In this document: piece by piece, positions 38,851 through 49,089 of the stretch | Numbering within the stretch: position 1 is the first letter of the stretch | Layout of the letters: every line of letters begins with the position of its first letter | NCBI GenBank assembly: GCA_965204535.1 | Contig: CBDBEV010000001.1 | Span: 352,001-416,000 of the forward strand | Origin: a bacterium | Lineage (GTDB): Bacteria > UBA8248 | DNA: 64,000 bases | Direction: 5' to 3' | Notes under the pieces: model-generated | Told to the model about the DNA's origin: nothing | What the model saw: the letters and a program-made list of their open reading frames with translations, nothing else | The model's database searches: none | Made by a program: the position numbers and the translations under genes

Positions 38851-39131
38851 CAAGTCCTTTCCAGAATTCCCGCCCGGGATTTCCCGGCGCACGGAACAAA
38901 CCAATTCCCACAAAGCCGAGCATTCGTCCGAATCTCAAGCAATATCAACGCTTTCCGGCTTTGAATCATTCGTCAGCACACATGAACGCCATGAGATTAT
39001 TACAAAACACCGCGAAAGTATATTTGCGGTTTCTCTCTCGTTGTGTATTTGCTAGAATCAGTCTGCTCTGGTTCGATTCCAATTCACCCGAAAGGCTATG
39101 TCTTTCATCATTATTGGGAATACATTTATTC

Positions 39132-39878
39132 ATGGTTACCAAAATATCGATTCAACACTTGAGAAAAATCTATGACACCCCCGAAAGGCGGGTCCACGCT
39201 CTTGAGGACGTGAACCTCAACATCGAGGACGGCGAGTTCATCTGCCTCGTGGGGCTTTCCGGCTGCGGGAAGACGACGCTGCTCAACATGCTCGCCGGCT
39301 TCGTCGAGATCACCGCGGGCACCATTACCATGGACGGAAGACCGCTCACCCAGGACTACGACAAGGGCGTCGTTTTTCAGGAATACGCTCTCTTCCCGTG
39401 GCGCACGGCCAGGCAGAACGTGGAATACGGCCTCGAAATCAGAAACGTGCCCGAGGAGGAGCGCTCGAGAATCGCGCATGATTACCTGCGTCTCGTCCGC
39501 CTCGAGGATTTTGCGGATTTCTTCCCGCACAACCTCTCGGGCGGCATGCGCCAGCGGGTGGCGGTTGCGAGAGCCATGGCGTTCGACCCGCAAATCCTCC
39601 TGATGGACGAGCCCTTCGGCGCGCTCGACGCCCAGACGCGCGAGGAACTGCAGGAGTTGACCGTCGACGTGTGGCAGAAGACGAAAAAGACGATTCTCTA
39701 CGTCACGCACAACTTGAGCGAGGCCGTCTACCTCGGGAACCGGATTGTGGTTTTCGTCCCGAATCCGGGGAGAATCCGCGAGATCGTGAAAGTCGATCTT
39801 CCCAGACCCAGGGACGACCTCGCGCCCGAGTTCATCAGACTGCAACGACACGTGAACGATTTGATTCGCGATTTCTAG
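39132..39878 (+). CDS. ABC transporter ATP-binding protein (NitT/TauT/SsuB type)
   Basis: GLSGCGKTT, LSGGMRQR, LLMDEPFGALD. Confidence 0.95.
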   Translation: MVTKISIQHLRKIYDTPERRVHALEDVNLNIEDGEFICLVGLSGCGKTTLLNMLAGFVEITAGTITMDGRPLTQDYDKGVVFQEYALFPWRTARQNVEYGLEIRNVPEEERSRIAHDYLRLVRLEDFADFFPHNLSGGMRQRVAVARAMAFDPQILLMDEPFGALDAQTREELQELTVDVWQKTKKTILYVTHNLSEAVYLGNRIVVFVPNPGRIREIVKVDLPRPRDDLAPEFIRLQRHVNDLIRDF

Positions 39879-39891
39879 AGAGGAATTATCC

Positions 39892-40818
39892 ATGCAGACA
39901 TCCGAGGCAACGCCTGTTCCTCAACCGATGGACGAGAAGAAAAAAGAGTTGAGGTCACCGTTCTGGGTGAAACTGAGGCCGATTTACCCGTTCATCGTCA
40001 TCCTGGCCATCTGGCAGGTCGCCGCCATGCAGGCCCAGGGCAACCAGGGCAGGCTCTTCCCGACCGTCGACGCCATCGCCTTTCGGGCCTGGGAGCTTGT
40101 TACGGACCCATTGTTCCGGGCGCTGGCCGAGAATCCGAATCTGAGTTTCGTGGATCACATCTGGAAACTCCTGGAAAGCCCGATTCTGCTTCATACGCTG
40201 AACACCGCTTGGCGCCTCCCGTTCTCGTTCTTCATCGCGGCGGTCGTCGGCACCATCGTGGGCATTTTGATGGGCCGCTTTGCCTTCTGGGAATCGTTCT
40301 TCGTACCGCTTCTCTCCGTATTGTTGCCGATTCCCGCCATCGCGTGGACGCCCATCGTCGTCATCTGGTCGGGCATCGGCGATCAGACGGTCATCGTCAT
40401 CACGGCCTTCGCCTCGTTCCTGCCCATCGCCATGGCGGTCTGGACGGGCGTGAAAACCGTGAACCCGGTATGGATACGCGCGGCCCAGTCGATGAACGCG
40501 GACAAGATGACGATTTTCCGCACCGTCGTACTGCCCGGCTCGCTGCCGATGATTCTGAGCGGCATGCGCATCGGCCTGGCGCGCGCCTGGCGCGCGGGCG
40601 TTGGGGCGGAGGCGTTCGCGGGCATCCGCTGGGGGCTTTCGGCCGGCATCTTCGACGCGCAGGAATACCTCGACATCGCGTTCATGATGGTCGCGCTCGG
40701 CATCCTCGGCCTGTTCGGCTTCGTGCTCGAAAAAGTGCTCTTCCAGCCCATCGAGAGCCGCACCGTCATCCGCTGGGGCATGATGGAGGCGATGGGCGCA
40801 CAGGATAAGAAGGTGTAA
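39892..40818 (+). CDS. ABC transporter permease (NitT/TauT type)
   Basis: LPIPAIAWTP, EAA-loop-like RAAQSMNA, multiple TM helices. Confidence 0.93.
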   Translation: MQTSEATPVPQPMDEKKKELRSPFWVKLRPIYPFIVILAIWQVAAMQAQGNQGRLFPTVDAIAFRAWELVTDPLFRALAENPNLSFVDHIWKLLESPILLHTLNTAWRLPFSFFIAAVVGTIVGILMGRFAFWESFFVPLLSVLLPIPAIAWTPIVVIWSGIGDQTVIVITAFASFLPIAMAVWTGVKTVNPVWIRAAQSMNADKMTIFRTVVLPGSLPMILSGMRIGLARAWRAGVGAEAFAGIRWGLSAGIFDAQEYLDIAFMMVALGILGLFGFVLEKVLFQPIESRTVIRWGMMEAMGAQDKKV

Positions 40819-40844
40819 TCAGAACAGGAACAAACACTTACCAG

Positions 40845-40877
40845 CCGGGCGCGACTCTTGCCGCGCCCGGTTTTTTT
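40845..40877 (+). terminator. Intrinsic terminator
   Basis: CCGGGCGCG-loop-CGCGCCCGG followed by T7. Confidence 0.8.
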
Positions 40878-40979
40878 ATGTCTCAGGGGGATGATCCCTG
40901 CGCTCCGCGCCGTCTCCCCGCGGGCCCAGGGAAATAGCCCCCTAAAGAGGTGGCTGGTTTCAAAAGGCAAAGGGGCTCC

Positions 40980-41080
40980 GTAGGGACAGGCCTCCGTGCC
41001 TGTCCTATTTCGGGGTGAACATGATTCGACGGGCGGGCACGGTCGAACTCCCCTCTTCGGGAAGTTCGACGCCCCTACAG
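40980..41080. repeat. GTAG-type REP-like elements
   Basis: GTAGGGACAGGC..GCCTGTCC at 40980-41006 and a degenerate inverted partner ending CCCCTAC near 41078. Confidence 0.55.
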
Positions 41081-41117
41081 TCGTCATTTTGTTGCTTCGA
41101 TTTTAGGGGACACATAT

Positions 41118-41325
41118 GGAGTTGTAGAAAAAGCCCTCCCGCATTGGCCGGGTTCAAACACTCGTTCCTCACTTGCTTTTAACGCCGGTATGACGGCAAC
41201 ACAGCAGCGAACGCTGTAGGGACAGGTCGCGACCTGTCCCTACATTCCTGTTCATCGACCGAGCAAAGGCATCGTCATTCCGGCGGTGGTTAATACCGAG
41301 CGACGAGAGGTTTTTCAACAACCCC
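41118..41325. mobile_element. MITE-like element carrying a REP palindrome
   Basis: GGAGTTGTAGAAAAA ... TTTTTCAACAACCCC ends; internal perfect 30-bp palindrome TGTAGGGACAGGTCGCGACCTGTCCCTACA at 41215-41244. Confidence 0.6.
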
Positions 41326-41401
41326 GCGTCCAGCCCCGGCAACAGAAAACCCCCGGGAGCTTCCGCCCCCGGGGGGTGTTCTTTACGTCTTGTCCGTGCG
41401 C

Positions 41402-42391
41402 CTAGTTGAAGCCGATGTCCTTCGCGGCCCTGCGGAGGATGGAGTCATCCAGGTGCGGACTCTTGGTGAAGTCGGGGTGGCTCTTGATCCAGCCGAGCTG
41501 TATCTGTTTGTCACCCATGTCGTTCAGGTATTTTTTCACCTCGTCGCTCAGGAAAACCTCCGTCTTGAGCTTTTTAACGACCTTGAGCGTGGTGCTCACC
41601 TTGGCCTTGTCGCCGACTTCCTGAAGCGCCTTGGTGTATACCTTGGCGTAGGTTTCGGGGTCATTCTTGAGCAACTGGTGCGCCTTCAGCCAGCCCCGGA
41701 AGTACTTGTAGTAGAGTTCGGGGTGCTTTTTGATGGTAATGGGATTGCCCACATGCATCATTCTCGTGTTGTCGTATTTGCACAGATCCTCGAGATAGCG
41801 AATCAGGCCCTGCTCGCGGGCGATTTCACCCTGCGGTTCGCCGACCATGGCCGCCTTGGCGGCGCCGGACACCAGCGCGGCGATGCGCTCTGTGGTGCGA
41901 ACGCTCAGAAGCGGGAAGTCCGAGCGTTTCAGGCCATGCGCGGGAACGACGTAGAACTGGAACGCGAAGTCCGTGCTCGTGCCCTTCTTGTTGGCGAACA
42001 CCGAACCCTTGAGGTCTTTCAGGCTCTTGGCCTTCGAGTTCTTAGGCACGATAATGGCGACCATGCCGCAGATGTTCGCCGTCACGCCGATGGCCGTTAT
42101 TTTCGCCCCCTTGGAAATCGCCGTCGTAAAGGGCGAGAAGCCCGTGGTGCCGGTATCCAGGTTATTCTGGATGATGGCGTTGCGCATCAGTTTGCCCTGC
42201 TTGAAGTGGCCCATCGTGTACTTCAAGCCCTCTTTCTTCCAGTAACCCATGCGGTGGGAGATGACCTCGAAAGACCCCATCAGGGCCCGGTGCGCGCCGA
42301 TGCGCAGCGTCGCCGACTCGGCGGGCGCGACCACCACGAACGTCCCTGCTACAAACGCGGCGGCCAGTGCGAAACCAACAAGTCTTTTCAT
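41402..42391 (-). CDS. ABC transporter substrate-binding protein (SsuA/NMT1-like), paralog A
   Basis: Signal peptide; SLKDLKG....KGTST; near the ATPase/permease; terminator hairpin at ~41346-41380. Confidence 0.9.
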   Translation of the reverse strand: MKRLVGFALAAAFVAGTFVVVAPAESATLRIGAHRALMGSFEVISHRMGYWKKEGLKYTMGHFKQGKLMRNAIIQNNLDTGTTGFSPFTTAISKGAKITAIGVTANICGMVAIIVPKNSKAKSLKDLKGSVFANKKGTSTDFAFQFYVVPAHGLKRSDFPLLSVRTTERIAALVSGAAKAAMVGEPQGEIAREQGLIRYLEDLCKYDNTRMMHVGNPITIKKHPELYYKYFRGWLKAHQLLKNDPETYAKVYTKALQEVGDKAKVSTTLKVVKKLKTEVFLSDEVKKYLNDMGDKQIQLGWIKSHPDFTKSPHLDDSILRRAAKDIGFN

Positions 42392-42669
42392 GCCTGTTCC
42401 TCCTTCGAGTGAATGAAGACTTCCATGGATAGTCTAAAGTATTACACCAAAACACAAGTTCGCGGCGCAGAAATATACCCGACGCCGGAAACCCATTCGC
42501 CAGTGGTACGATGCCCTCCTCTCAGAATGAGAAAAGAGAGATTCCGCTCCAAACAAGCTCTTTCATCATGTCAATATGGACTTACTATACATCATAAGGA
42601 GAGATTTCACAAAAAACCCCCGGGAGTTTCAGTTCCCGGGGGTTTTCGTCTTGCTTCTTGCGTGGTCGT

Positions 42670-43659
42670 CTAGTTGAAACCGATGTCCTTCGCGGCCTTG
42701 CGGAGGATGGAGTCATCTATGAACGGACTCTTGGTGAAGTCGGGGCGGCTCTTGATCCAGCCGAGCTTGATCTGCTTGTCGCCCATGTCGTTCAGGTAGT
42801 TCTTCACCCGATCGGTGATGAAAACCTCGGTCTTGAGCTTTTTGATGGCTTTCAGCGTGATGCTCACCTTCGCCTTGTCGCCCACCTCGTTCAAGGCCTT
42901 GGTGTAGACCGTAGCGTACTTTTTGACGTCGTTCTTCAGCAACTGATGCGCCTTCAGCCATCCCCGGAAATACTTGTAGATGAGATCGGGGTGTTTTTTG
43001 ATGGTCTGCGGGTTGCCCACGTGCATCATGCTCGTGTTGTCGTACTTGCAGAGATTCTCGAGATAGCGGATGTAGCCGGCCTCACGGGCGATTTCACCCT
43101 GCGGTTCGCCGACCATGGCTGCCTTGGCGGCGCCGGAGAGAAGTGCTGCGATGCGCTCGGTGGCGCGAACGCTCAGAAGCGGGAAATCCGAACTTTTCAG
43201 GCCATATGCGGGAACGACGTAGGACTGAAAAGCGAAGTCCGTGCTCGTGCCCTTCTTGTTGGCGAACACCGAGCCTTTGAGATCTTTCAGACTCTTCGCC
43301 TTCGATTTCGCGGGCACGATGATGTTGATGGCGGCGCAAATGTTCGCTGTAACGCCGATGGCCGTTACCTTGGCGCCTTTGGCGATCGCCGTGGTGAAGG
43401 GCGAGAAGCCCGTGGTGCCGGTGTCCAGGTTATTCTGGATGATAGCGTTGCGCATCAGTTTGCCCTGCTTGAAGTGACCTACCTTGTACTTCAGTCCTTC
43501 TTTCTTCCAGTAGTCCATCCGGTCGGCGATGATCTCGAAAGAACCCCACATGGAGCGGTGCGCGCCGATTCGCAGCGTCGCCGACTCGGCCGGTGCGACC
43601 ACCACGAACGTACCCGCTGCGAACGCGGCGGCCAGTGCGAAACCAACAAACCTTTTCAT
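42670..43659 (-). CDS. ABC transporter substrate-binding protein, paralog B
   Basis: Same length (329 aa) and highly similar to paralog A; terminator hairpin at ~42611-42647. Confidence 0.9.
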   Translation of the reverse strand: MKRFVGFALAAAFAAGTFVVVAPAESATLRIGAHRSMWGSFEIIADRMDYWKKEGLKYKVGHFKQGKLMRNAIIQNNLDTGTTGFSPFTTAIAKGAKVTAIGVTANICAAINIIVPAKSKAKSLKDLKGSVFANKKGTSTDFAFQSYVVPAYGLKSSDFPLLSVRATERIAALLSGAAKAAMVGEPQGEIAREAGYIRYLENLCKYDNTSMMHVGNPQTIKKHPDLIYKYFRGWLKAHQLLKNDVKKYATVYTKALNEVGDKAKVSITLKAIKKLKTEVFITDRVKNYLNDMGDKQIKLGWIKSRPDFTKSPFIDDSILRKAAKDIGFN

Positions 43660-43939
43660 ACCGTTTCTCCTTGAAATGGATGAAGACTTCCTTGAGACGG
43701 CTCAAGGAATCATGAAGAGACGCAGAGTCTTCCGGCGTCGACATACCACCAGCGCCAGTCAAACCATGCGCCCATAGATCGGTAAAGATTCGCTTGCGAT
43801 GTAGGAAAGCGAAATTCCGTATATAAAATCAAAAATAAATTCAATATGCTTGGGAATTACTTTACAACATAAGCCCGCCGAAAACTATCGTCCGTCAAGT
43901 ACGAATCGAGCAGTAAAGCTTCGGGTAGGACGGCGAAAA

Positions 43940-44017
43940 TGGCGGGGCTGACGGGACTCGAACCCGCGATCTCTGGCTTGACAGGCCAGCGCGATAACCA
44001 AACTTCGCTACAGCCCC
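43940..44017 (-). tRNA. tRNA-Asp(GTC)
   Basis: GGGGCTG acceptor stem, anticodon arm CTGGC-CTGTCAA-GCCAG, GGTTCGAGTCC T-loop, encoded CCA. Confidence 0.96.
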
Positions 44018-44146
44018 CATGAAAAAACTCTTCAAAACCGCCCGAAGAATTCCGGTTTATAGCCCGCTCTCGGGATGGAAGTCAACACGATATGGCTACG
44101 CTGCGCTTCTGTACGAACACGGTCGCTCCGTATGACGAGCCTCCGC

Positions 44147-45205
44147 TCAACCCAATACCGAGCCGAGAGATTCTCCCTCTGCGAGCCGCACCACTCCACT
44201 CTCTGTTACCAGGGCGTCCACGAAGCGCGCGGGCGTCACGTCGAACGCGGGGTTGTATACGCGCACGCCCTCCGGTGCGACGGGTACGCCGCCGAATGAG
44301 CGGACCTCCTCTTTGGGTCGTTCTTCGATGGGGATGTCAGCACCCCCCTTCGACTCGGTGTCGATGGTGCTCGTCGGCGCCGCCACGTAAAAGGGCACGC
44401 CGTGTTCTCTTGCGAGTACCGCGAGGCCGTACGTGCCGATTTTGTTGGCGACGTCCCCGTTTGCGGCCACGCGGTCAGCGCCCACGACAATCGCGTCGAT
44501 TTTTCCCAGGCGCATGCAGTGCGCGGCCATGCTGTCGGTGATGAGCACGACGGGAATGCCATCGCGGTTCAACTCCCACGCGGTGAGACGAGAACCCTGC
44601 AGAAAAGGCCTAGTCTCATCCACGTAGACCTCCCGCACCCGGCCGTCCCGGAAGCCGCTGCGAATCACGCCGCCCGCCGTGCCATAGCCTGCGGTCGCCA
44701 GCGCGCCCGCGTTGCAGTGCGTGAGAACGCTGCTCCCCTCGGGCAGCAGACCTGCGCCCAGGTCGCCTATCCGGCGGCAGACCGCGGCGTCTTCCTCGTG
44801 CATCTCACACGCCAGACGGAGGAGCTCATCGGCCAGCGCTTCGGGCGCGGAGTCGCTTTTGTCGACGTGCGCCATCATTTTTTCAATCGCCCAGAAGAGG
44901 TTCACCGCCGTGGGGCGCGTGGCGGCCAGCATCCGGGCCGCCCCCTCGAGCGCCTCGCGCTGCGCAACCGGGCCTGAATCCGCATGACGGATGGCGGCCA
45001 GGGCGATGCCGTAGCCCGCCGCTATCCCGATGGCGGGGGCGCCGCGCACCACCATGGTCTTGACGGCCTCGGCCACTTCGCCTTCGGTGCGGCATTCGAG
45101 GTACACCTCTTCGCGGGGGAGCTTCCGTTGATCGAGCAATACGAGGGCGCCGCCTCGAAACGCGATATGGTGAAAATTTCCCTCACTCTCTTTTTTTCCG
45201 CCCAT
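44147..45205 (-). CDS. mtnA: S-methyl-5-thioribose-1-phosphate isomerase
   Basis: LLDQRKLP, MVVRGAPAIG, TRPTAVNL, LTHCNAGALAT, ETRPFLQGSRLT. Confidence 0.95.
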   Translation of the reverse strand: MGGKKESEGNFHHIAFRGGALVLLDQRKLPREEVYLECRTEGEVAEAVKTMVVRGAPAIGIAAGYGIALAAIRHADSGPVAQREALEGAARMLAATRPTAVNLFWAIEKMMAHVDKSDSAPEALADELLRLACEMHEEDAAVCRRIGDLGAGLLPEGSSVLTHCNAGALATAGYGTAGGVIRSGFRDGRVREVYVDETRPFLQGSRLTAWELNRDGIPVVLITDSMAAHCMRLGKIDAIVVGADRVAANGDVANKIGTYGLAVLAREHGVPFYVAAPTSTIDTESKGGADIPIEERPKEEVRSFGGVPVAPEGVRVYNPAFDVTPARFVDALVTESGVVRLAEGESLGSVLG

Positions 45206-45248
45206 CCAGCCCTCTCTCATTCATGGCTTCGCACGAGTACACGGCATC

Positions 45249-45542
45249 CTACGCCATGCCCCTCAGGATATTCTTCACCTCTTTCATACTCATCCCCAGG
45301 ACTTTCAGGCGCTTCCTGCGCGCGCCCGCGCCCGAGGCGATTCGTATGGCGCGCTTTGGAATCTTCATCTTTCGGGAGAGCAACTCGACGCACTGCCTGT
45401 TGGCGGCCCCGTCGACGGGCGGCGCCGTCAGCCGCACGCGCAGGGCACCGTCTTGAACACCACTGATTTCCGCTCTGGATGAGCGCGGTTGGACCCGAAC
45501 CTCGAAGCTAACGCCGTCCGCCTCCTCGCGGAGGCCGATCAC
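45249..45542 (-). CDS. yggU: DUF167 (YggU) protein
   Basis: VRVQPRSSR, APPVDGAAN. Confidence 0.9.
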   Translation of the reverse strand: MIGLREEADGVSFEVRVQPRSSRAEISGVQDGALRVRLTAPPVDGAANRQCVELLSRKMKIPKRAIRIASGAGARRKRLKVLGMSMKEVKNILRGMA

Positions 45543-46123
45543 GACGCATCGCCCTCCGCTTTTTGGTTCAGCTTGATGACGTTTTCGCTTTCCTCGTCCG
45601 GGGCGTCTTCGCTCGCCTCTTCCATGAGGCGGGCGAGGTCGACCCCCATGCGGACGCCCTCGGTTTCGAGTGTTCGAATCTGGGAGAGAAACGCCTCGTA
45701 CAGATCGGCAAGAATCTTATCCCTCTGCGCCGTTAATTGCTCTATCTCCTCGCGCAGCTTTTCGATATCCTTTTCGGCTTTCGCGCGAATCCCCGCCGCC
45801 TCGGCGTTCGCTTCTTTGATGAGCGTTTCGGCGTCGGTTTCGGCCTTTTCCACCAATTCGTCGGACTTGGCCGCTACCTGATCCCGGAGTTCGTTCACGG
45901 AGATGAGAATTTTCTGCAGGTTGGCGTGTTCTTCTCTCAATCCGTTGTATTGCTCGAACAGGTCCTTGCATTGCAGGCTGAGTTGTTCGTTCTTCCGCAC
46001 CGACTGATCCAGCCAGTCGGCCACCTTGAACAAGAACGCATCGACTTCGAGACGATCGTAGCCCCGCATTTTGCTCGAAAAGCTATGGCTTCGAACGTCG
46101 TTGCCGGTGTAATTCATCTCCAT
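45539..46123 (-). CDS. divIVA: DivIVA domain protein
   Basis: F...MRGYDRLEVDAFL followed by coiled coil. Confidence 0.88.
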   Translation of the reverse strand: MEMNYTGNDVRSHSFSSKMRGYDRLEVDAFLFKVADWLDQSVRKNEQLSLQCKDLFEQYNGLREEHANLQKILISVNELRDQVAAKSDELVEKAETDAETLIKEANAEAAGIRAKAEKDIEKLREEIEQLTAQRDKILADLYEAFLSQIRTLETEGVRMGVDLARLMEEASEDAPDEESENVIKLNQKAEGDAS

Positions 46124-46135
46124 CCCCCGTGAAAA

Positions 46136-46432
46136 TCAGCGCAGCATGCTTGCCAGGTCAAAGATACTTTGAACCAGGAAAGTTTGCAAAAAGAATATGA
46201 TCAACAAAACCACGATCGGGCTCGCATCGATTCCCCCGATGTCCGGCATCCGGTAGCGCACGGGAGCCAGCACCGGCTCCGTCAGACGATACAATATCTG
46301 GACTATGGGGTTGTAGGGGTCGGGATTCACCCACGACAACAATGCGCGAATGATGATGATCCAGATGTAGATGGTGAGCACGTAGCTGAGAATGACGCCG
46401 ATTCCGTGCATGAAATTCGATATCAAGAACAC
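46136..46432 (-). CDS. yggT: YggT family membrane protein
   Basis: RALLSWVNPDPYNPIV..LTEPVL, IDASPIV. Confidence 0.93.
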   Translation of the reverse strand: MFLISNFMHGIGVILSYVLTIYIWIIIIRALLSWVNPDPYNPIVQILYRLTEPVLAPVRYRMPDIGGIDASPIVVLLIIFFLQTFLVQSIFDLASMLR

Positions 46433-46459
46433 GATTGAACCCCCGATTGAAAAAACGGG

Positions 46460-47266
46460 CTAGCCACGGCCCAACTCCTCGCTCCTGCGCGCGGCGGCGT
46501 TCACGGCGTCCATGACGGCGGAGCGAAGCCCTCCGTTTTCGAGCGCATGCAAGCCGGCGATGGTCGTTCCCCCGGGCGAGGCCACCATGTCCTTCAGGCG
46601 GCCCGGGTGCTCCCCCGTCTCAATAAGCATCCTCGCGGAGCCCAAAACGGTTTGGGCCGCCAGCAGCATCGCCTCCTCGCGCGGCAGACCTGCCCTCACA
46701 CCACCGTCCGCCAGCGCCTCGATGAACTGAAAGACATAGGCGGGACCGCTGCCCGACAATCCCGTCACGGCGTCCATCAACGATTCGGGCAGAACCACCG
46801 CCTTGCCCACGGACTCCAGAAGCTGCTTCGCTTGCGACAGATCCGCCTCCGACGCCCCGCCGCCCGCGCACAGCCCCGCGGCGCCTTCTCCCACGAGGGC
46901 GGGCGTGTTCGGCATGACGCGGACGATGCGCGCCTCATCGCCCAAAATTCCCGTAAACCGGCTCGTGGGCGCGCCCGCGACGACGGAAATCAGGAGCGGG
47001 CGGTGCGCGAGAGCGTCCTTCAGCCCATCCAGAACGACGTCCAGCACCTGCGGTTTCACGGCGATTACGACTTTTTGCGCCTCGGGAGCCGCCTCCGCCC
47101 CGTCGGGCACGACCCGAAAACCCGACGTTTTTCCGAGATACGCGGCGCGCTCCGCCAAGGGTTCCGCGATGACGACCTCATCGACTTTCGCATAGGCGGA
47201 ATTCACCATTCCCATGGCGAGCGCTTCGCCCATGTTGCCGCCACCGACTACAAGGATTTCCGCCAT
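46460..47266 (-). CDS. proC: Pyrroline-5-carboxylate reductase
   Basis: GGGNMG, AVKPQ, RVMPNTP, SGSGPAY, SPGGTT. Confidence 0.96.
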   Translation of the reverse strand: MAEILVVGGGNMGEALAMGMVNSAYAKVDEVVIAEPLAERAAYLGKTSGFRVVPDGAEAAPEAQKVVIAVKPQVLDVVLDGLKDALAHRPLLISVVAGAPTSRFTGILGDEARIVRVMPNTPALVGEGAAGLCAGGGASEADLSQAKQLLESVGKAVVLPESLMDAVTGLSGSGPAYVFQFIEALADGGVRAGLPREEAMLLAAQTVLGSARMLIETGEHPGRLKDMVASPGGTTIAGLHALENGGLRSAVMDAVNAAARRSEELGRG

Positions 47267-47359
47267 AATCTATATACCTTCCGAAAGTGGGGTCGAAATC
47301 GATACGAACGCCGAAACCAACCCATCCTACTGAAATGATTAGCCTAATTCAAATTCGCC

Positions 47360-48088
47360 TCAGTTCGTTCCCCTCGGCCCGAAAATCGCCGTGCCGATGC
47401 GGACTAGCGTCGCTCCCTCGGCTACCGCGACTTCGAAGTCGTTCGACATGCCCATCGACAACTCCCGGACGCCGGAGAACCCGGCGTCTTGGGCATCGTC
47501 TCTCAATTTCCTCAACAACTCGAAATGGGGACGGCTCTCCTCCGCCTTCCGTCCCAGGGGAGGAATGCACATCAAGCCCACGACTCGCAAGGCTTCCAGA
47601 TCGGAGGCTTCCCGCACGAGCGTCATCGCATCCGCCGGGGAAACCCCTCCCTTCTGGGCTTCCCCCCCGGTATTCACCTGGATGAACACGTCCAAGGGGT
47701 CTTCCCCCGCGCGGGTAACGCGCTTGCTCAACTCGCGCGCCAAGGCGAGAGAATCGACGGATTCCACCACGTCGAACAGTCCGGGCACGGCGCGGGCCTT
47801 GTTCCTTTGCAGGCTGCCGATGAGGTGCCACCTCGCCCTGCCCGCGATTTCAGGGTCTATCTCGCCCCTCTTCCCCTGGGCTTCCTGCACGCGGTTCTCC
47901 CCGATAATATCGACGCCCGCCTCGATGGCCTCGACGATGCGCTCGGGGGGCTGGGTCTTGCTCACGGCCAGAAGACGGATATCGTCCGGGTTGCGGCCGC
48001 AGGCCATACCCGCGTCCGCCACGCGTTCTTTCACCATCTCGTATCGCTGCCCGATATCGCTCACCGCTTGCCTCACGCTCCTATCCAT
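47360..48088 (-). CDS. yggS: PLP homeostasis protein YggS
   Basis: LAVSKT, GENRVQE, WHLIGSLQRNK, LSMGMSNDF, VRIGTAIFG. Confidence 0.95.
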   Translation of the reverse strand: MDRSVRQAVSDIGQRYEMVKERVADAGMACGRNPDDIRLLAVSKTQPPERIVEAIEAGVDIIGENRVQEAQGKRGEIDPEIAGRARWHLIGSLQRNKARAVPGLFDVVESVDSLALARELSKRVTRAGEDPLDVFIQVNTGGEAQKGGVSPADAMTLVREASDLEALRVVGLMCIPPLGRKAEESRPHFELLRKLRDDAQDAGFSGVRELSMGMSNDFEVAVAEGATLVRIGTAIFGPRGTN

Positions 48089-48876
48089 ATCGCCGAAAGC
48101 AACCTTCCCGTGGGCGGCCCGTCGCGGCGGTAGGAAAAAAACCTCGATGATTCAGAAAACGTGCAAGGCCCCGGCGCGCCGATTCGGCTTTCGGGAATCC
48201 CCGCCGAGGCCAACTGAGACCTCGCCGCCAGGGGGAGGTCCAGCAGCCACTTGCCCCCTCCCAGGGGCGTGGCGAAATCTCCCCAGTTTCGGTGCCGTTC
48301 GCGAAAAGGCGGCAAACACTCCTCGCCCACCTCGTAGCGATTCCCGGAAATGGCGGGGCCGAGGACGGCCCGCATATCCCGGGGATCACAGTCGTATTCC
48401 TCCCGCATCCTTTCGATGGTCGCGGTCAAAACGCCGCCGGCTACCCCCTTGCGCCCCGCGTGAACAGCGGCGACGGCGATTTTCCGGGCGTCTGCGATGA
48501 GCACGGGAATACAATCCGCCGTCTGAACCGCCAGCCCTAAGCCCGTAACGTTCGTGATCAGCGCGTCGCCGCACGCTTTTTCATCCGGGGAGACGCGCTC
48601 AGCCACGAGAACGTCGCACCCGTGAACCTGTTTCGCTTCCACCAGGCGTCCCGCCGGAAAATCGGCGGCTCGAAAAAAACGCCTTCTGTTTTCCGCTACG
48701 TTCTCGGGGGCTTCCCCCCTGGCCCGCCCGAGGTTCAGGGAACGGAAGCGGCCCTTGCTCACCCCACCCCTTCGGGTGCTGAACCCGTGACGCAGGCAAT
48801 CGAGTTCTTCCAGCAAAGGTGAACTGAGAAATTCAACGCCGCCGGATTCGTGGCGCTCCAAAGAATTCATCCGCAA
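48073..48876 (-). CDS. pgeF: Peptidoglycan editing factor / polyphenol oxidase family
   Basis: HGFSTRRGGVS, QVHG, TADCIPVL, HAG, FFSYRR. Confidence 0.92.
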   Translation of the reverse strand: MRMNSLERHESGGVEFLSSPLLEELDCLRHGFSTRRGGVSKGRFRSLNLGRARGEAPENVAENRRRFFRAADFPAGRLVEAKQVHGCDVLVAERVSPDEKACGDALITNVTGLGLAVQTADCIPVLIADARKIAVAAVHAGRKGVAGGVLTATIERMREEYDCDPRDMRAVLGPAISGNRYEVGEECLPPFRERHRNWGDFATPLGGGKWLLDLPLAARSQLASAGIPESRIGAPGPCTFSESSRFFSYRRDGPPTGRLLSAIWIGA

Positions 48877-49089
48877 TCCATCCCGGACGACGGGAAATCA
48901 TCGAACATCCTTGAATCAATCTCCTTACTCCGCGCTCATTATAAGGAGAGGCGCGTGACGCCACAAGAAACGGGCCCATGCCACCGAGGAAGGCGGGGCT
49001 GGGGGAGAATGCTCTCCCCCAGTCGCGTCCATGGGGAATGCGTCGTCAGGATCGAGAGAGGCCCCCTCTACCAAACGACGTTGGGGGGA

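Noticed and set aside
43940-44017. tRNA-Asp as the island integration site
   Set aside because: It is flanked by core-like genes 16 kb from the island, and I saw no duplicated tRNA 3' end.
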